This document shows, piece after piece, positions 63,694 to 64,000 of a stretch of DNA of 64,000 bases. Under the pieces are notes generated by a model. The model saw only the letters and a list, made by a program, of their open reading frames with translations, searched no databases and was not told the DNA's origin. Each line of letters begins with the position of its first letter. Positions within the stretch are counted from its first letter, which is position 1. This stretch comes from a virus, in IMG/VR virus record IMGVR_UViG_3300037153_000606. One strand, 5' to 3'. A program made the translations under genes and the position numbers.

Positions 63694-64000
63694 GCTGGAC
63701 CGGTCGGCACTGGTCAACCTGGCCACACACCGGGCCAAGAAGGACAAGCCGAATTGGCGGCCGGTGGATCTCGCCACCTTGCACGACGGTACCTACTTGG
63801 CCGCCGATCCGTCGTTGTCCGGATTCGGGCTGGTGTTTTTCGAGGTGGCCCAACCGCACCGTGCAGTGCACTTCTCCAAGACCTTCGCGGTCGGCCCGCA
63901 ATCGGCGGTCAAGGGCTGGGAGGACGTCCTGACCCGGGCCCGGATGCTGCAGGACCGGATTGCCGCCTACCTGGCCCAGTGGGTGTTCTCCACCGACTGG
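63686..64000 (+). CDS. RuvC-like resolvase, 3'-truncated by the window end
   Basis: GGAGG RBS; translates MSELDRSAL...YLAADPSLSGFGLV (RuvC motif I); open to the window end. Confidence 0.75.
   Translation, partial: MSELDRSALVNLATHRAKKDKPNWRPVDLATLHDGTYLAADPSLSGFGLVFFEVAQPHRAVHFSKTFAVGPQSAVKGWEDVLTRARMLQDRIAAYLAQWVFSTDW

Overview
A 64-kb internal segment of a large, high-GC actinobacterial myovirus with a contractile tail. Gene content and order recall cluster-C mycobacteriophage / Rhodococcus E3-like myoviruses; this is from recall, not a search. Nearly all genes are on the + strand. Layout: (1) 1-2028, small early-type genes plus a DUF2786/HExxH pair. (2) 2088-35165, neck, sheath, tube, frameshifting chaperones, tape measure, muralytic baseplate hub, baseplate and two modular tail fibres, with an HNH gene inserted. 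(3) 35300-37602, SNF2-type helicase locus. (4) 37604-43400, an accessory region with a ~700-nt densely base-paired non-coding segment, a secreted protein, HTH proteins, an AAA_25 ATPase and a 54-aa GxGW-repeat peptide. (5) 43398-64000, replication/recombination genes: DinG, HTH-Lsr2 fusion, 5'-3' exonuclease, DnaC, DnaB, primase, J-like/SSB-like ORF, DnaE, RecA, PD-(D/E)xK nucleases and a partial RuvC-like gene. No capsid, terminase, integrase, complete tRNA or CRISPR array was recognised. Best leads: the candidate large structured ncRNA; a twin-hairpin element complementary to a GGAGCCA ribosome-binding motif shared by three phage genes; a five-copy bipartite late promoter C(C/A)TGNC-N20-GAAGTA; the GxGW peptide; an Lsr2 fusion lacking its RGR AT-hook; and an LDFA(S/T)GGL motif shared by the SSB-like protein and RecA. 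All product calls come from motif recognition by eye.
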